Shown here: piece after piece, positions 29,307 to 39,321 of the stretch
How the letters are laid out: every line of letters starts with the position of its first letter
How positions within the stretch are numbered: the stretch's first letter is position 1
DNA from: Candidatus Sumerlaeia bacterium
GTDB taxonomy: Bacteria > Sumerlaeota > Sumerlaeia > SLMS01 > JANRJK01
Assembly (NCBI GenBank): GCA_033764015.1
Contig: JANRJK010000002.1
Span: forward strand, 128,001-192,000
DNA length: 64,000 nt
Direction: 5' to 3'
Position numbers and translations under genes: made by a program
The notes under the pieces: model-generated
Databases searched by the model: none
Seen by the model: only the letters and a program-made list of their open reading frames with translations
Told to the model about the DNA's origin: nothing

Positions 29307-32300
29307 TTACGGGACGATCGTCATCAGGAGCTGCGGGCGGAGGTCGCCGCCCGCGTTGCCCGTGTAGAGGCGCACGATGTCGCGCGTCGCGTCGTCGTTG
29401 CTGCCCGTCTCGAACTCGATCCGGAACTGGGTGAACCCGGTCCGGTTCATCGCTTCGAGGGCGGCCGGCGACAGCTCGATGCAGAGCTGGTCGCCAACCG
29501 TGGTCGGCAGGATTACCGCAGAGGCGGCCGCGTTCGGGATGAACGCGAACTCCTCGAAGTCCTCCTGGTCGAGAGCGAGCGTCGGGCCGAAGAAGGCCCG
29601 CTGGTTCGGGCAGACCATCGCGATCCGGAGCTCCCCGAGCGCGGACGGGTCGCCGACCACGCCTGCGAGCGAGATGCAGAGCTGGGCCGATTCGATCCCC
29701 GCGCCGGGATACGTCGCCCCGAGCATCGAGGTGTCGAAGGAGAACAGCACCTTCGTCTGCTGGTCGTTCGCCGTGTCGCCAACCTCGGACAACGCGTTGT
29801 GGTTGTCGCGCAGGAAGCCGACTTCGGCGCCGGATGCCCACTCGGTGATCCAGCCGTCATGGAGCGGGTTCGAGAAGATCGGATCCAGCTCGAGCGGCGA
29901 GGAGCTGCCGGTCGGGTTCTGGCCGCAGCCGTCCTCCGTCGGCAGGATGTACTCGAACACGAGGTCGGAGCGGATGTGGCGCTGCGTGCTCGACTGGCCG
30001 CCCGCACCGAACTTGATGTTGTCCGCCGTGTTGTTGGAGTTGGTCGGGGTGGCGAAGCGGAAACGGAACTGCACGTTGCCGTTCGTCGGGATCAGGGCCC
30101 AGGCGGCGGGGTCGAGCGGGGCGACGATCGCCTCGCCCGGAACCGCGTCGACAAGGTCCGCGTTCGGAACCACGGCGATCGGCGAGTACTCCGCCGGCGC
30201 CTGGAAGTCGGAGTTCTGCCAACCCGCGCTTGTTCCGAAGAAGGGGTTGTTGACCTCGATTATCAGGTCGCCGAGCGCCGAGATGTCGCCGATCTTCTGC
30301 TCGACCGGGAGCCGCAGCCACGCGTCCGTGATGCCGACGCAGCCCTGCGAGGTCGAGAAGCCGAGGATCGAGCGCTGCTGCTGGTTGGCGACCGTGTCGC
30401 CAACCTCGATGCGGCGGCTCGCGACGAACACCGCCGCGCCGACGCCGGGCACCGTCCGCGATTCGATCAGGACCGAGTCCTGCGCGAACTGCGAGTCGAC
30501 GTAGGCCACGCCGCCAAGGTCGGAGCCGATCATGACGTCGAACACGCAGGTCGACGTGTTGCCGCCCTGGTCCTCGAGCGTCACCGTCACCGTCGTGCAA
30601 CCCAGCGGGAAGAACGTCGGCGTGTAGTCGACCAGGAGCTGGTCGGGGCAGTTGTCCGTCCCGAAGGCCAGCGGGTCGGCCCAGTTCGAATCCAGCGACG
30701 GGTCGAAGCCACCCGGCGAGTTCGGGTTCAGCACCGCGCCCGGAGGCAGTACCGCGAGCGGCGGGCACGTGGTGAAGGAAGGCGCGATCGCGTCGTCGAC
30801 AAACACCGTCGCCGAGCAGGTCGACGTGTTGCCGAGGCCGTCTTCGACCGTCAGCACCACCGAGTTCGCACCGTAGTTCGAGCAGTCGAAGTCCGTCACG
30901 TCGAGCGACAGGGTGACAGCCGTGCAGCTATCGAAGCTGCCGTTGTCCACCTGCGACGGGGTGACCGAAGCCAAGCCCGAGCCGTCCAAGAAGATCGTCA
31001 CGTCCTGGCACAGGGCGACCGGCGCGCCGGTCTCCTCGACCGTCACCGTGGCGGTAGCCGTGGCGGAGTTGCCCGAGGCATCCGTAGCCGTGAGCGTCAC
31101 CGTCACGTCGCCGATATCGGCGCACGTGAAGTCGGTCGGGCTGAGCGTCAGCGAGTCGATGCCGCAGTTGTCGAAGGAGCCGCTGTCGACCGCGCCGGCC
31201 GTCGTGGAGCCGTTGCCGGACCCGTCGAGCTGCACCGTCACGTTCTGCGTGAAGACCGTGGGGGCAGTATTGTCCTGCACTGTGACCATCGCGGTCGCGG
31301 TGGCCGTGTTGCCGTTCGCATCCTCGACCGTCAGCGTCACCGTGACCGGCGAGCCAAGGTCGGCGCACGTGAAGTCCGTCGTGTCGAGCGAGAGGGTCGC
31401 GATACCGCATGCGTCGTTCGAGCCGTTGTCGACGGCGGCGGCGGTCGTCGAGCCGTTGCCTGTTCCGTCAAGCGTCACCGTCACGTCCTGCGCAACGGCC
31501 GTCGGTGCGATGTTGTCCTCGACGGTCACCGTCGCGGTGCCCGTCGCCGTGTTGCCGGTCGTGTCCGTGACCGTCAGCGTCACCGTGACCGGCGAGCCGA
31601 CGTCCGAGCACGAGAACGACGTGATGTCGAGCGCGAGCGTGTCGACCGCGCAGTTGTCGGAGGAGCCGTTGTTGACGGCGGCCGCGGTCGTCGAGCCGCT
31701 GCCCGAACCGTCGAGCTGCACCGTGATGTCCTGCGTCACCACCGTCGGCGGCGTGTTCTCGACAACCGTGACGGTCGCCGTCGCGGTAGCCGAGTTGCCG
31801 GAAGCGTCCGCCGCGGTCAGCGTGACGACCACCGGGCCGACATCCGCGCAGGTGAAGGCCGTCTGGCTGAGCGTCAGCGAGTCGATGCCGCAGTTGTCGC
31901 TGGAGCCGTTATCAACCGCGGCAGCGGTCGTCGAGCCGTTGCCGGAGCCGTCGAGCGTGACCGTCACGTCCTGCGCGACGACCGTCGGGGCCGTGTTGTC
32001 CTGGACCGTGACCGTCGCGGTCGCGGTGGCCGAGTTTCCGTTCACGTCCGTGACCGTCAGCGTCACCGTGTTGCCGCCGAGGTCGGCGCAGGTGAAGTCC
32101 GTCGTGTCGAGCGCGAGCGTGTCGACCGCGCAGTTGTCGCTGGAGCCGTTGTCGACCGCGGCCGCGGTCGTCGAGGCGTTGCCTGATCCGTCAAGCGTCA
32201 CCGTCACGTCCTGCGCAACGGCCGTCGGTGCGATGTTGTCCTCGACCGTGACCGTCGCGGTCGCGGTGGCCGAGTTGCCGTTCACGTCGGTGACCGTCAG

Positions 32301-34352
32301 CGTCACCGTGTTTCCGCCAACGTCGGCGCAGGTGAAGGCGGTCGTGTCGAGCGCGAGCGTGTCGATCGCGCAGTTGTCGGAGGAGCCGTTGTTGACAGCC
32401 GCGGCGGTCGTCGAGCCGTTGCCGGAGCCGTCGAGAACCACCGTGACGTCCTGCGTCACGACCGTCGGGGCCGTGTTGTCCTCGACCGTCACCGTCGCGG
32501 TCGCGGTCGCCGTGTTGCCGGCGGCGTCCGCCGCGGTCAGCGTGACGACCACCGGGCCGACATCCGCGCAGGTGAAGGCCGTCTGGCTGAGCACCAGCGA
32601 GTCGATGCCGCAGTTGTCGCTGGAGCCGTTATTGACCGCGCCGGCCGTCGTGGAGCCGTTGCCGGAGCCGTCGAGCATGACCGTCACGTCCTGCGCGATC
32701 GCAGTGGGTGCCGTGTTGTCCTGGACCGTGACCGTCGCGGTCGCGGTGGCCGAGTTGCCGTTCACGTCCGTGACCGTCAGCGTCACCGTGTTGCCGCCGA
32801 GGTCGGCGCAGGTGAAGGCGGTTGTGTCGAGCGAGAGCGACGCGATGCCGCAGTTGTCGCTGGAGCCGTTGTCGACCGCGGCGGCGGACGTCGAGGCGTT
32901 GCCGGAGCCGTCCAGCACCACGGTCACGTCCTGCGCGACGACCGTCGGGGCCGTGTTGTCCTGCACCGTGACCGTCGCGGTCGCGGTGGCCGAGTTGCCG
33001 TTCACGTCCGTGACCGTCAGCGTCACCGTGTTCCCACCAACGTCGGCGCAGGTGAAGGCGGTCGTGTCGAGCGCGAGCGTGTCGATCGCGCAGTTGTCGG
33101 AGGAGCCGTTGTTGACCGCCGCGGCGGTCGTCGAGCCGTTGCCGGAGCCGTCGAGGACCACCGTGACGTCCTGCGTCACGACCGTCGGGGCCGAGCTATC
33201 CTCGACCGTGACCGTCGCGGTGCACGTGTCGGTATTGCCGTCGGCGTCGGAGACCGTGAGCGTCACCGCCTGGTTGCCGATGTCGGTGCAGTCGAACGTG
33301 TTCGGCGAGACGATGCGGGAGGTGATGCCAACGTTGTCCGTCGAGCCGCCGTCAACATCGGTGCCGAGCACCGTGAGGTTGCCGGACCCATCAAGCGACA
33401 GCGTGACGTCTTGGCAGACCGCGTTCGGTGGCGTCACGTCGGGGACGGCGGGGACCGTTTCGATCGAAGAGTTCACCGATCCCGGAAGCGAGGCGAACGC
33501 CGGCGCCGCGGCGAAGTTGCCGCCCGCCGTGATGTTGTAGACCGCGTTCGTGGCGGTCGCGAGGATGCGGTTGTTGACCGGATCCACCGCGAGGCCGGCG
33601 AAGTTGCGCCCGTCGGCGAACGTGGTGCCGTTTGGGGTACCCGCGATGAACACAGCGGTTCCCCCATTCGCGCCGATCGCGGCAGGAGTGAAGTTCGAGT
33701 CCACGGTCGTGAGGCCGCTGCCAACGCCGTTCCCCGCCAGGGGGAGCGTGGTGAATGCGACCGCGCCCGGGCCGGTTGCTCCGGTGGCGACCCGGATCTC
33801 TTGCAGCGTCGAGTCGCCAAGGAGCATGACGCCCGCCTCGGACACGTCGAGCCCGTTCAAGGCCGTGCCGGTTACCAAAGTGTTGTTGATGATGTCGGTG
33901 GCGTTGTAAGTGCCGTCCTGGTTCGCGTCGGTGAAATTCGTGCCGTTGTGCAGCAGCATCAAGCGGCGTGTGGAGGGCCCGGAGAGCACGACAAACACGC
34001 GGTTGCTCGCGTCTACGGCGACATCACGCACTGCGGAGCCGATGTTGGCATAGGACGTCCGGTTGCCCAGCGAGTCGACCTGCCAGAGGGTCGTGCCGAA
34101 GTCCGCCACGTACATCGTTGTGGCGTCGTTGCTGAACGCGATGTCTCCAAGGTGGACGTTCGTGCCGAACCCGGTCGCGAACGCTCCGGGCGCGGTGAAC
34201 GTGCCTCCTGCGGAGACGTTGTAGACGTTGCCGTCGTTCGCGCCGACAAACACGTTGCCGGGGGTGAACTGGGCCTGCGCGGTCGTCGCCGCTAGTGCTG
34301 CGGCGAGCCCGAGCAGACACCGTAACTGCCTGATGGGGGGCATTTCCTGCAT
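29307..34352 (-). CDS. Large exported repeat protein: propeller-like N-terminus, 11 HYR-like Ig repeats plus one divergent HYR, two homologous C-terminal beta domains
   Basis: Signal peptide ending AQA|Q; tandem D..APT..QDVTV.LDGSGN..DNC..F.CAD.G..VTLT.TD..GN.ATATATVTV units. Confidence 0.9.
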   Translation of the reverse strand: MQEMPPIRQLRCLLGLAAALAATTAQAQFTPGNVFVGANDGNVYNVSAGGTFTAPGAFATGFGTNVHLGDIAFSNDATTMYVADFGTTLWQVDSLGNRTSYANIGSAVRDVAVDASNRVFVVLSGPSTRRLMLLHNGTNFTDANQDGTYNATDIINNTLVTGTALNGLDVSEAGVMLLGDSTLQEIRVATGATGPGAVAFTTLPLAGNGVGSGLTTVDSNFTPAAIGANGGTAVFIAGTPNGTTFADGRNFAGLAVDPVNNRILATATNAVYNITAGGNFAAAPAFASLPGSVNSSIETVPAVPDVTPPNAVCQDVTLSLDGSGNLTVLGTDVDGGSTDNVGITSRIVSPNTFDCTDIGNQAVTLTVSDADGNTDTCTATVTVEDSSAPTVVTQDVTVVLDGSGNGSTTAAAVNNGSSDNCAIDTLALDTTAFTCADVGGNTVTLTVTDVNGNSATATATVTVQDNTAPTVVAQDVTVVLDGSGNASTSAAAVDNGSSDNCGIASLSLDTTAFTCADLGGNTVTLTVTDVNGNSATATATVTVQDNTAPTAIAQDVTVMLDGSGNGSTTAGAVNNGSSDNCGIDSLVLSQTAFTCADVGPVVVTLTAADAAGNTATATATVTVEDNTAPTVVTQDVTVVLDGSGNGSTTAAAVNNGSSDNCAIDTLALDTTAFTCADVGGNTVTLTVTDVNGNSATATATVTVEDNIAPTAVAQDVTVTLDGSGNASTTAAAVDNGSSDNCAVDTLALDTTDFTCADLGGNTVTLTVTDVNGNSATATATVTVQDNTAPTVVAQDVTVTLDGSGNGSTTAAAVDNGSSDNCGIDSLTLSQTAFTCADVGPVVVTLTAADASGNSATATATVTVVENTPPTVVTQDITVQLDGSGSGSTTAAAVNNGSSDNCAVDTLALDITSFSCSDVGSPVTVTLTVTDTTGNTATGTATVTVEDNIAPTAVAQDVTVTLDGTGNGSTTAAAVDNGSNDACGIATLSLDTTDFTCADLGSPVTVTLTVEDANGNTATATAMVTVQDNTAPTVFTQNVTVQLDGSGNGSTTAGAVDSGSFDNCGIDSLTLSPTDFTCADIGDVTVTLTATDASGNSATATATVTVEETGAPVALCQDVTIFLDGSGLASVTPSQVDNGSFDSCTAVTLSLDVTDFDCSNYGANSVVLTVEDGLGNTSTCSATVFVDDAIAPSFTTCPPLAVLPPGAVLNPNSPGGFDPSLDSNWADPLAFGTDNCPDQLLVDYTPTFFPLGCTTVTVTLEDQGGNTSTCVFDVMIGSDLGGVAYVDSQFAQDSVLIESRTVPGVGAAVFVASRRIEVGDTVANQQQRSILGFSTSQGCVGITDAWLRLPVEQKIGDISALGDLIIEVNNPFFGTSAGWQNSDFQAPAEYSPIAVVPNADLVDAVPGEAIVAPLDPAAWALIPTNGNVQFRFRFATPTNSNNTADNIKFGAGGQSSTQRHIRSDLVFEYILPTEDGCGQNPTGSSSPLELDPIFSNPLHDGWITEWASGAEVGFLRDNHNALSEVGDTANDQQTKVLFSFDTSMLGATYPGAGIESAQLCISLAGVVGDPSALGELRIAMVCPNQRAFFGPTLALDQEDFEEFAFIPNAAASAVILPTTVGDQLCIELSPAALEAMNRTGFTQFRIEFETGSNDDATRDIVRLYTGNAGGDLRPQLLMTIVP
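30795..33440 (-). repeat. Intragenic tandem repeat, 11 units of 240-243 bp
   Basis: Unit starts at 33440, 33200, 32960, 32720, 32480, 32240, 32000, 31760, 31517, 31274, 31034. Confidence 0.95.
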
Positions 34353-34505
34353 CCTTCTCCGTCATCCGCGTGGCGGGCGCCGGGGTATCGGGGTGTGTTG
34401 CTATGATCCGAGCCTTCCCCAAGTCGCATCCCGGCGGCAAGATCAATCCCTTTAGCGCGAGCAGAGGATCGAGGTCATGGGTCGGGGAAAAGCCCGATAG
34501 TCCAT

Positions 34506-34537
34506 AAACGAACGGTCCGGCGAGAACTCGCCGGACC
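34506..34537 (-). terminator. Probable terminator after malQ
   Basis: GGTCCGGCGAG-TT-CTCGCCGGACC inverted repeat (34514-34537) then GTTCGTTT on the minus strand. Confidence 0.6.
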
Positions 34538-34569
34538 ATTGTTTTCGTTCAGGTTGTGTTCTTGGCCCC

Positions 34570-36153
34570 TCAGGAGTAGTTGGGGTCTATCGCCGGATGG
34601 CGCCGCGCGGCCGCCGGGGGCTCGGCGTGGCGCTCGTAGAGCAGCGCCAGCCCCCGGATCGTCTCCGCCAGTCGCTGGTCTATTTGCGTCGGCAGCAGGC
34701 GCCAGCTCCAGTTGTGGACGCCGCTCGTGCCCGGCAGGTTCATGCGGCAGTCCGTCGGCAGTCCCAAGAAGTCCTGCATCTGGATGATCGCCGTGTTCGC
34801 GTGGCACCGGAACGCGGACCGGATCAGGTCCCAGTGGGGAAGGCTGCCATCCGTCGACAGGTAGGAACGGAACAGGTGGCGCTCCGCCGGAGTCGCCGAC
34901 GTGTACCAGCCCACCGTCGTGTCGTTGTCGTGGCTGCCGGTGTACACGACCTGGTTGGCGTCGATCTGGTGGGGGAGGAAGCCGCTGTTCGGATTCGAGA
35001 CGAGGGGCTCCACGCTGGCGGGGGACCACGCGAACTGGAGGATCTTCATGCCGGGAAGCTCGAACTTCGCCCGCATCTCGTGCACGTCCGAGGTGATCTC
35101 GCCGAGGTCCTCCGCGATGATCGGCAGCCGGTTTCCGAGCCCGCGCTTGAGCGCGGCGAAGAACGCCGCCCCGGGGCCCTCGACCCAGGTACCGTGCTCC
35201 GCCGTGGGGTGTCCGAAGGGCACCGACCAGTAGCCGCCGAAGCCGCGGAAGTGGTCGAGGCGAAGGTAGTCCACCATGGCGAGCGTCGACTTGATGCGGT
35301 CGATCCACCACTTGAACTTGGCCGCTTCGAGCTTCTCCCAGTTATATAGCGGGTTCCCCCAAAGCTGGCCGGTGGCGCTGAAGTAGTCGGGCGGCACGCC
35401 GGCGACCGCGGTGGGGAGGCCGGTCTTCTTGTCGAGCTGGAAGAACTCCTGGTTCGCCCAGGCGTCGGCGCTGTCGTAGGCGACGTAGATCGGCGCGTCG
35501 CCGATCACCTCGATGCCCCGGGCGGCGGCGCCGCGTCGGACCGCGCCCCACTGCTCGAAGAAGAGGAACTGCTGGATCCTATAGCCTTCGATCTCGGCGG
35601 CGAACTTCGTCGCGGCGGACTTCAGCGCGGCGGCCTTGTAGCCGCGCAGGTCCTTGTCCCAGTTGTCCCAGGAGCGACCCTCGTTGTGGTCCTTCAGCGC
35701 CATGAACATGGCGAAATCGTCGAGCCACCAGGCGATCTCCTTCGCCTTGAGGAACTGGTTGTAGCGGCCCCGCATTTCCGAGAAGCCGCCGGCGGCGAAG
35801 CGGTCCGTCGCCAACTTGAGAATCTTCTTCTTCCAGTCGATCACCCAGCCGTAGTCGACACGTTCCGTCGGGAATGCGGGCGGGAGGATCTCCTTCTCAT
35901 GGAGCAGGCCGTCGCGGACGAGCAGCTCGGGGCTGATCATATAGGGGCTTCCCGCGCAGGACGAGAAGCACTGGTACGGCGAGTCGCCGTAGCTGGTGGG
36001 CCCGAGCGGCAGCACCTGCCAGTAGCGCAGCCCGGCGCCGCGCATCCAGTCGAGGAAGCGGAAGGCCGCGGGGCCGAAGTCACCGATGCCGAAGGGCCCC
36101 GGCAGGCTGGTGGGGTGCAGCAGCACGCCCGCGTAACGACGTTCGAATACCAT
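34570..36153 (-). CDS. malQ: 4-alpha-glucanotransferase (amylomaltase, GH77)
   Basis: GVLLHPTSLPG, GVPPDYFSATGQLWGNPLY, RLDHFRGF, IAEDLG, YTGSHDNDT. Confidence 0.96.
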   Translation of the reverse strand: MVFERRYAGVLLHPTSLPGPFGIGDFGPAAFRFLDWMRGAGLRYWQVLPLGPTSYGDSPYQCFSSCAGSPYMISPELLVRDGLLHEKEILPPAFPTERVDYGWVIDWKKKILKLATDRFAAGGFSEMRGRYNQFLKAKEIAWWLDDFAMFMALKDHNEGRSWDNWDKDLRGYKAAALKSAATKFAAEIEGYRIQQFLFFEQWGAVRRGAAARGIEVIGDAPIYVAYDSADAWANQEFFQLDKKTGLPTAVAGVPPDYFSATGQLWGNPLYNWEKLEAAKFKWWIDRIKSTLAMVDYLRLDHFRGFGGYWSVPFGHPTAEHGTWVEGPGAAFFAALKRGLGNRLPIIAEDLGEITSDVHEMRAKFELPGMKILQFAWSPASVEPLVSNPNSGFLPHQIDANQVVYTGSHDNDTTVGWYTSATPAERHLFRSYLSTDGSLPHWDLIRSAFRCHANTAIIQMQDFLGLPTDCRMNLPGTSGVHNWSWRLLPTQIDQRLAETIRGLALLYERHAEPPAAARRHPAIDPNYS

Positions 36154-36320
36154 GGAAGGCAGCTCCTATGCGGCTCGCCGTGGAGTCGTGGGATGTTGGA
36201 GCCAGTAAACCCGCCCCACGGCGCCGAGGGCCAAGGGCAAGTTCCGCAGCGCTATCCCCTTGGCATGGTGCGCCCAGCCGGGTGCGCTGGGTGCGGCAAA
36301 CCAAACGGCAGGAGAAACCC

Positions 36321-37814
36321 ATGCGCTACCGTGTCACCACCAAAGCCCCCGCCGACGTGCAGGCGGAGGCGCTTGTCGTCCTCTTCGACGAGCAAGGCCC
36401 CCTCGGCGAAGCGGTCAACAAGGTCGTCGTCGAGCACATCGCGTCGTACCGCCGCGCGCTCGAGAAGAAGACCAGCTCCCGGGAGTGGTTCTGCACGCTC
36501 GATCCGCAAACCGGAGCCGCCGCCCGGCACCTCCTCCTGGATAGCGCCGCCTTCGGGCCCTGGATGCCCGGCCGCGAGAAACTGAAGTGCGCCGCCGCCC
36601 GGGCCGTGTCCCTCTGCCGCGAGCACTCGATCTCGAAGATCGCCTTCGTCGTGAACCGCAAGGACTCCCTCGAGGAGGCGCAGGCGGTCTTCGAAGGGGC
36701 CGTGCTCGGCGACTTCGCCGACAAGCGTTTCAAGTCGGAGAAGCCCTCCCCGGCGCCGCTCGATCTTACCTTTGTCGTCGCCAAGGACGCGCAGAAGGCC
36801 ACCACCGACATGCTCGACGCCACCGAGCCGGTGCTGCGCGGCGTGAACCTCGCGCGCGAACTGGTCAACGCGCCCAACAACATCCTCACGCCCGGCGAAC
36901 TGACCGGCCACGGCGTCGAGATCGCCAAGGAGCATGGCCTCCGCTTCGAGCTGCTCGACTCGAAGAAGCTCGAGAAGCAGGGGTACAACCTGCTCTGGAA
37001 CGTGGGGCGCGGCAGCGAACACGAGCCGTACATGCTCACCGTCAGCTACGAACCCAAGGGTCGCGTGAAGCTGAAGGAGCACCTCTGCCTGGTCGGCAAG
37101 GGCATGACGTTCGACACCGGCGGCTACTGCATCAAGGACCGGGCGAACATGTACCTCATGAACAACGACATGGGGGGCGCCGCCGCGACGCTCGGCACGC
37201 TGCTCGCCGTCGCCGAGCTGCAGCTTCCGCTCAAGATGACCGCGATCATCCCGAGCGCGCACAACGCGATCGACGGCGGCGCGTACCACCCGGGGGCGAT
37301 CATCACCTCGAAGCAGGGCAAGACCGTCTTCATCGGCAACACGGACGCGGAGGGACGCCTGATCCTCGCGGACGCCTTCCAGCGCGCCGCCCGCGTCTCG
37401 CCCGACATCATGGTGGACTTCGCCACGCTGACCGGCGCCTGCGTGATGGCCCTCGGGAACCGGCTGGCCGGGCTCTTCACGGAGGACGCGCAGCTCCGCG
37501 CGCTCTTCGAGCAGGCGGGCGAAGCGACCGGCGACTCGCTCTGGGCGATGCCGATCTGGCGCGAGTACGCGCACCGCCTGGTGCATCCGCTCGCGGACCT
37601 CAACAACATCACCAAGCCCGGCGACATGGGCGGCGCGATCCACGCCGCGAACTTCCTCAAGGAGTTCGTCCCCGAAGGCGTCCGCTGGGCGCACGTGGAC
37701 ATCGCCGGCGTCGCCGCGACCGACACGCCGTACCGCTGCATGGCCGCCGGCGGCACCGGCTTCGGCGTCCGGCTCATGGTCGATGTGATCCGCCGCATGG
37801 TCGACGCCGCCTGA
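36321..37814 (+). CDS. pepA: Leucyl aminopeptidase (M17)
   Basis: GKGMTFDTGG, DMGG, NTDAEGRLILAD, ATLTGA, WAHVDIAG; AGGAG RBS. Confidence 0.93.
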   Translation: MRYRVTTKAPADVQAEALVVLFDEQGPLGEAVNKVVVEHIASYRRALEKKTSSREWFCTLDPQTGAAARHLLLDSAAFGPWMPGREKLKCAAARAVSLCREHSISKIAFVVNRKDSLEEAQAVFEGAVLGDFADKRFKSEKPSPAPLDLTFVVAKDAQKATTDMLDATEPVLRGVNLARELVNAPNNILTPGELTGHGVEIAKEHGLRFELLDSKKLEKQGYNLLWNVGRGSEHEPYMLTVSYEPKGRVKLKEHLCLVGKGMTFDTGGYCIKDRANMYLMNNDMGGAAATLGTLLAVAELQLPLKMTAIIPSAHNAIDGGAYHPGAIITSKQGKTVFIGNTDAEGRLILADAFQRAARVSPDIMVDFATLTGACVMALGNRLAGLFTEDAQLRALFEQAGEATGDSLWAMPIWREYAHRLVHPLADLNNITKPGDMGGAIHAANFLKEFVPEGVRWAHVDIAGVAATDTPYRCMAAGGTGFGVRLMVDVIRRMVDAA

Positions 37815-37903
37815 GCGGCGCCCCCCCCCATGCGCAAACCCCGCTCCGCCGTGTGAAGTCGAACACGGCGGAGCGTACTGCTTCCAAGGAGACCAACCAA
37901 CCC

Positions 37904-39253
37904 ATGCGCCTACTTCTGGCAGCCATCGCGCTGCTGCTCGCCACACTCCCCGCCGCCGCCAAGGGGCCGCTCGCCGATTACGTCGCCAAGGATGACGGCC
38001 AGTTCGGCTGGCGCGTGGTCCGCACCTTCAAGGCGAAGGACTACACCGGCCACGTGCTCTACCTCTCTTCGCAAGAGTGGCGGAAAGGCGCCGAGGTGGA
38101 CCGGATCCTGTGGCGCCATTGGCTTCTGGTGATCGAGCCCAAGCAGGTCGAGTCGACCACCGCGCTGCTCCAGCTCGGCGGTGGCGAGCTGGACTACAAG
38201 ATCCCCGATTCCGTCGATCCGTACCTGGTGCAGATCGCCAACGAGTCGAAGGCGGTCGTGGCGCAGTTGCGCCAAGTCCCTGTGCAGCCGTTGTACTTCA
38301 TGCAGGAGGACCGGCTGGCGCCCCGCGTCGAAGACGAGATCCTCGCCTATTCGTTCCGCCGCTATCTCGACGGCGGCGACGACGAGTGGCCCGCGCTGCT
38401 GCCGATGACCAAGAGCGCGGTCCGCGCCATGGACGCCCTCCAAGCGTGGGCCCGCGAGAAGCGCATCCCCGCCAAGGGTCTCGACCGCTTCGTCCTCACG
38501 GGGCACTCCAAGCGTGGCTGGACGGCGTACCTCGCCGCCGCCGTCGACAAGCGCGTGGCCGCCATCGCGCCGCATGTGATCGACCTGCTCGCCATGGAGC
38601 AGGGCATTGCGGCGCAGCCCTCCGTCTGGGGCGAGTACTCGCCGGCGCTGAAGCCCTACATCGACCAAGGCGTCCTGAAGGCGCTCGGCACCCCGCGCGG
38701 CGCCCAGCTCGCGTCGATCATCGACCCGAACGCCTACCGCGAGGCGCTCACGATGCCCAAGCTGATCGTCCACGCCCCCAGCGACGAGTTCTGGCTCCCC
38801 GACTCCACCAAGTACTACCTCGCTAAGCTCCCCGGAAAGAACCACCTCCGCAACATCCCGAACAAGGGGCACAACCTCGACGGGTGGGAGGACGAGCGCG
38901 CGCTCGCCACCTTCTTCCGGTCCATCGTGTCGGGAACGGAGCTTCCCTCCGTCACAACCTCCTGGCCGACGCCAACCGAGGTGGAGGTGAAGCCCACGGC
39001 GGCCCCGAAGCAGGTGCTCCTCTGGCGCGCGACGAACACCCTCCGGCAGGACTTCCGCCTCCCCGCGCTGGAGAACGGGCGATGGGAGAGCTCGGTGGTC
39101 TCCGCCGGTCCCGACGGCGCCTTCCGTGCGACCGTCCCGCCGCCGCCGAAAGGATTCACCGCCTACTACGTCGAGGTGGTCTTCCCCGACCCCTTCGGCA
39201 AGGACCGCGACTGGAGCGCGACCACCGAGGTCCGGATCGTCGCGGCGCCTTAG
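37904..39253 (+). CDS. PqaA-family exported alpha/beta hydrolase-like protein
   Basis: Signal peptide; LPMTKSAVRAMD, GHSKRGWT, DEFWLPD, PNKGH. Confidence 0.85.
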   Translation: MRLLLAAIALLLATLPAAAKGPLADYVAKDDGQFGWRVVRTFKAKDYTGHVLYLSSQEWRKGAEVDRILWRHWLLVIEPKQVESTTALLQLGGGELDYKIPDSVDPYLVQIANESKAVVAQLRQVPVQPLYFMQEDRLAPRVEDEILAYSFRRYLDGGDDEWPALLPMTKSAVRAMDALQAWAREKRIPAKGLDRFVLTGHSKRGWTAYLAAAVDKRVAAIAPHVIDLLAMEQGIAAQPSVWGEYSPALKPYIDQGVLKALGTPRGAQLASIIDPNAYREALTMPKLIVHAPSDEFWLPDSTKYYLAKLPGKNHLRNIPNKGHNLDGWEDERALATFFRSIVSGTELPSVTTSWPTPTEVEVKPTAAPKQVLLWRATNTLRQDFRLPALENGRWESSVVSAGPDGAFRATVPPPPKGFTAYYVEVVFPDPFGKDRDWSATTEVRIVAAP

Positions 39254-39321
39254 TCGGCCCGGCGATTCCCTTCGACACCAGCCCCCGCGCGGGGCACCTT
39301 GGCTCCCCGAGGTGCCCCGCC

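Noticed and set aside
30795..33440. Tandem repeats as a CRISPR array
   Set aside because: 240-bp in-frame coding units with no unique spacers and no cas genes
30913..33540. 875-aa plus-strand ORF, plus other long ORFs such as 29205-32186, 18610-22065 and 565-2445
   Set aside because: Antisense or alternate-frame shadows of real genes, caused by stop-codon scarcity at high GC; no recognisable motifs
36265..36320. GGCAAACC plus hairpin before pepA as a c-di-GMP-I riboswitch
   Set aside because: No GAAA tetraloop stem or GCAAAGC partner motif
37880..37906. CAAGGAG before the PqaA-family gene as a target of the candidate sRNA
   Set aside because: A 7-nt match to a generic SD sequence is expected by chance
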